The notes beneath the pieces were generated by a model, which saw nothing but the letters and a program-made list of their open reading frames with translations, searched no databases and had not been told where the DNA came from. The translations under genes were made by a program, and so were the position numbers. Positions 62,903 to 64,000 of a DNA stretch of 64,000 nt are shown in pieces. The stretch comes from Alphaproteobacteria bacterium. GTDB lineage: Bacteria; Pseudomonadota; Alphaproteobacteria; UBA11073. Where the stretch lies: the NCBI GenBank assembly GCA_965246755.1, contig OZ251979.1:9089-73088 (forward strand), given 5' to 3'. Within the stretch, counting starts at the first letter, position 1; every line of letters starts with the position of its first letter.

Positions 62903-64000
62903 TTATGACAAGGCGCGCCAGCCAATATCATGACGGTAAAACCCGTCCGGCCAGTCAATATGCATCAGCGCTTTATACGCGTGAGATTTCGCATCCTGCA
63001 GATCACTGCCCAGACCCACGACGCTCAACACGCGGCCGCCGTTGGCGGTTAATTCGCTCGCCTCGTTGCGCGCGGTGCCGGCATGAAACAATTGTACGCC
63101 CGGCATGGCGGCAGCTTTCTCCACACCATTAATGATGCTGCCTTTATTATAACTGCCAGGGTACCCATTCGCCGCCATGACCACACATAAGGCAGCCTGC
63201 GATTTCCAGCTGAGCGTCGGCATCGCGGCTAGCTCGCCCTTCGCCGCAGCATGGAAGTATTCAACGATGTCACTGCCGAGGCGCGGTAAAATGACCTGCG
63301 TTTCCGGGTCACCAAACCGCGCGTTGAATTCAATGACCTTAAAACCGCTGTCGGTTTTCATCAGGCCCGCAAACAGAATGCCGGTAAAGGGCGCACCATG
63401 CACCTGCATTTCATGTAACACCGGATGGATAATCTGGTCCATGATATCGCGCTGCATCTCGCCGGTTAGCCACGGCACTGGCGCGTAGGCGCCCATACCG
63501 CCAGTGTTGAGACCCGTATCACCGTCACCCACACGCTTATGATCCTGCGCGCCGCCCAGCGACACCGCCGTTTTGCCATCACATAATGCAAAAAAGCTCA
63601 GTTCCTCACCGTCCATGAATTCTTCGATGACAATGGCTGCACCCGCGGTGCCAAACACGTTATTGACCAGTGCGTCATCAATTGCGGTCTGAGCCTCCGC
63701 CACCGTCATCGCAATCGTGACACCCTTACCCGCCGCCAGGCCATCGGCCTTGATGACAATCGGCGCGCCCTGGTCATCTGCATATTTTCTCGCAGCAACG
63801 GCGTCGGTAAAACGGCGATATTTCGCGGTAGGCACACCGGCCGCGACCACGATTTCTTTCATAAAGGCTTTGGAACTTTCCAATTGCGCGGCACTTTGGG
63901 TCGGACCGAATGCTAAAATACCCGCGGCCTTTAAAGCATCAACCACGCCCGCCGCCAGCGGTCCTTCCGGCCCCACAATAACAAACATCGTTTGCAGTTG
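62903..64000 (-). CDS. purD: Phosphoribosylamine--glycine ligase (partial, N-terminus beyond window end)
   Basis: ATP-grasp PurD blocks (...GPEGPLAAGVVDALKAAGILAFGPTQSAAQLESSKAFMKE..., IEEFMDGEELSF, GGRVLSVVGLG). The reading frame stays open to the window edge. Confidence 0.9.
   Translation of the reverse strand, partial: QLQTMFVIVGPEGPLAAGVVDALKAAGILAFGPTQSAAQLESSKAFMKEIVVAAGVPTAKYRRFTDAVAARKYADDQGAPIVIKADGLAAGKGVTIAMTVAEAQTAIDDALVNNVFGTAGAAIVIEEFMDGEELSFFALCDGKTAVSLGGAQDHKRVGDGDTGLNTGGMGAYAPVPWLTGEMQRDIMDQIIHPVLHEMQVHGAPFTGILFAGLMKTDSGFKVIEFNARFGDPETQVILPRLGSDIVEYFHAAAKGELAAMPTLSWKSQAALCVVMAANGYPGSYNKGSIINGVEKAAAMPGVQLFHAGTARNEASELTANGGRVLSVVGLGSDLQDAKSHAYKALMHIDWPDGFYRHDIGWRALS

Overview
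This window reads as a chromosomal segment from an alphaproteobacterium-like genome: a GC-rich backbone (roughly 55-60% GC) with many short AT-rich insertions. The backbone carries conserved housekeeping blocks. These are ybgC-tolQ-tolR-tolA-tolB-pal-cpoB-mscL plus tilS-ftsH, yejABE-like ABC transporter genes, purH, wrbA, yceI, uppP, sucB and lpdA, NADH dehydrogenase genes nuoA through nuoG, rpe, a cyclophilin, and a partial purD at the end. The nuo block is mosaic. Almost every nuo junction holds foreign or unrelated genes: a methyltransferase-like gene, a YefM/YoeB toxin-antitoxin pair, TerC, an AT-rich HAD-like gene, an IMPase, a GNAT, a PhrB-type (6-4) photolyase, a GmrSD-like DUF262/DUF1524 restriction gene, and a heparinase-like gene. 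The window also holds a three-gene operon for a type IV secretion coupling complex (a VirD4/DotL-family ATPase plus two membrane proteins) and a separate 5-kb AT-rich three-gene island. The island's first gene is a large polytopic membrane protein of DotA/TraY or VirB6 architecture, and a clean intrinsic terminator closes the island. Four toxin-antitoxin pairs or remnants are present (DUF1044 RelE-like with an HTH partner, VapBC, YefM/YoeB, orphan DinJ). A 197-codon ORF is interrupted by a 10-nt poly-G/C tract, which makes it a phase-variation candidate. A family of small CTCTCCCT/AGGGAGAG hairpin repeats recurs at three places, and there is a MITE-like element with terminal inverted repeats. 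YceI is frameshifted. No rRNA, tRNA, CRISPR array, transposase or integrase was recognised.
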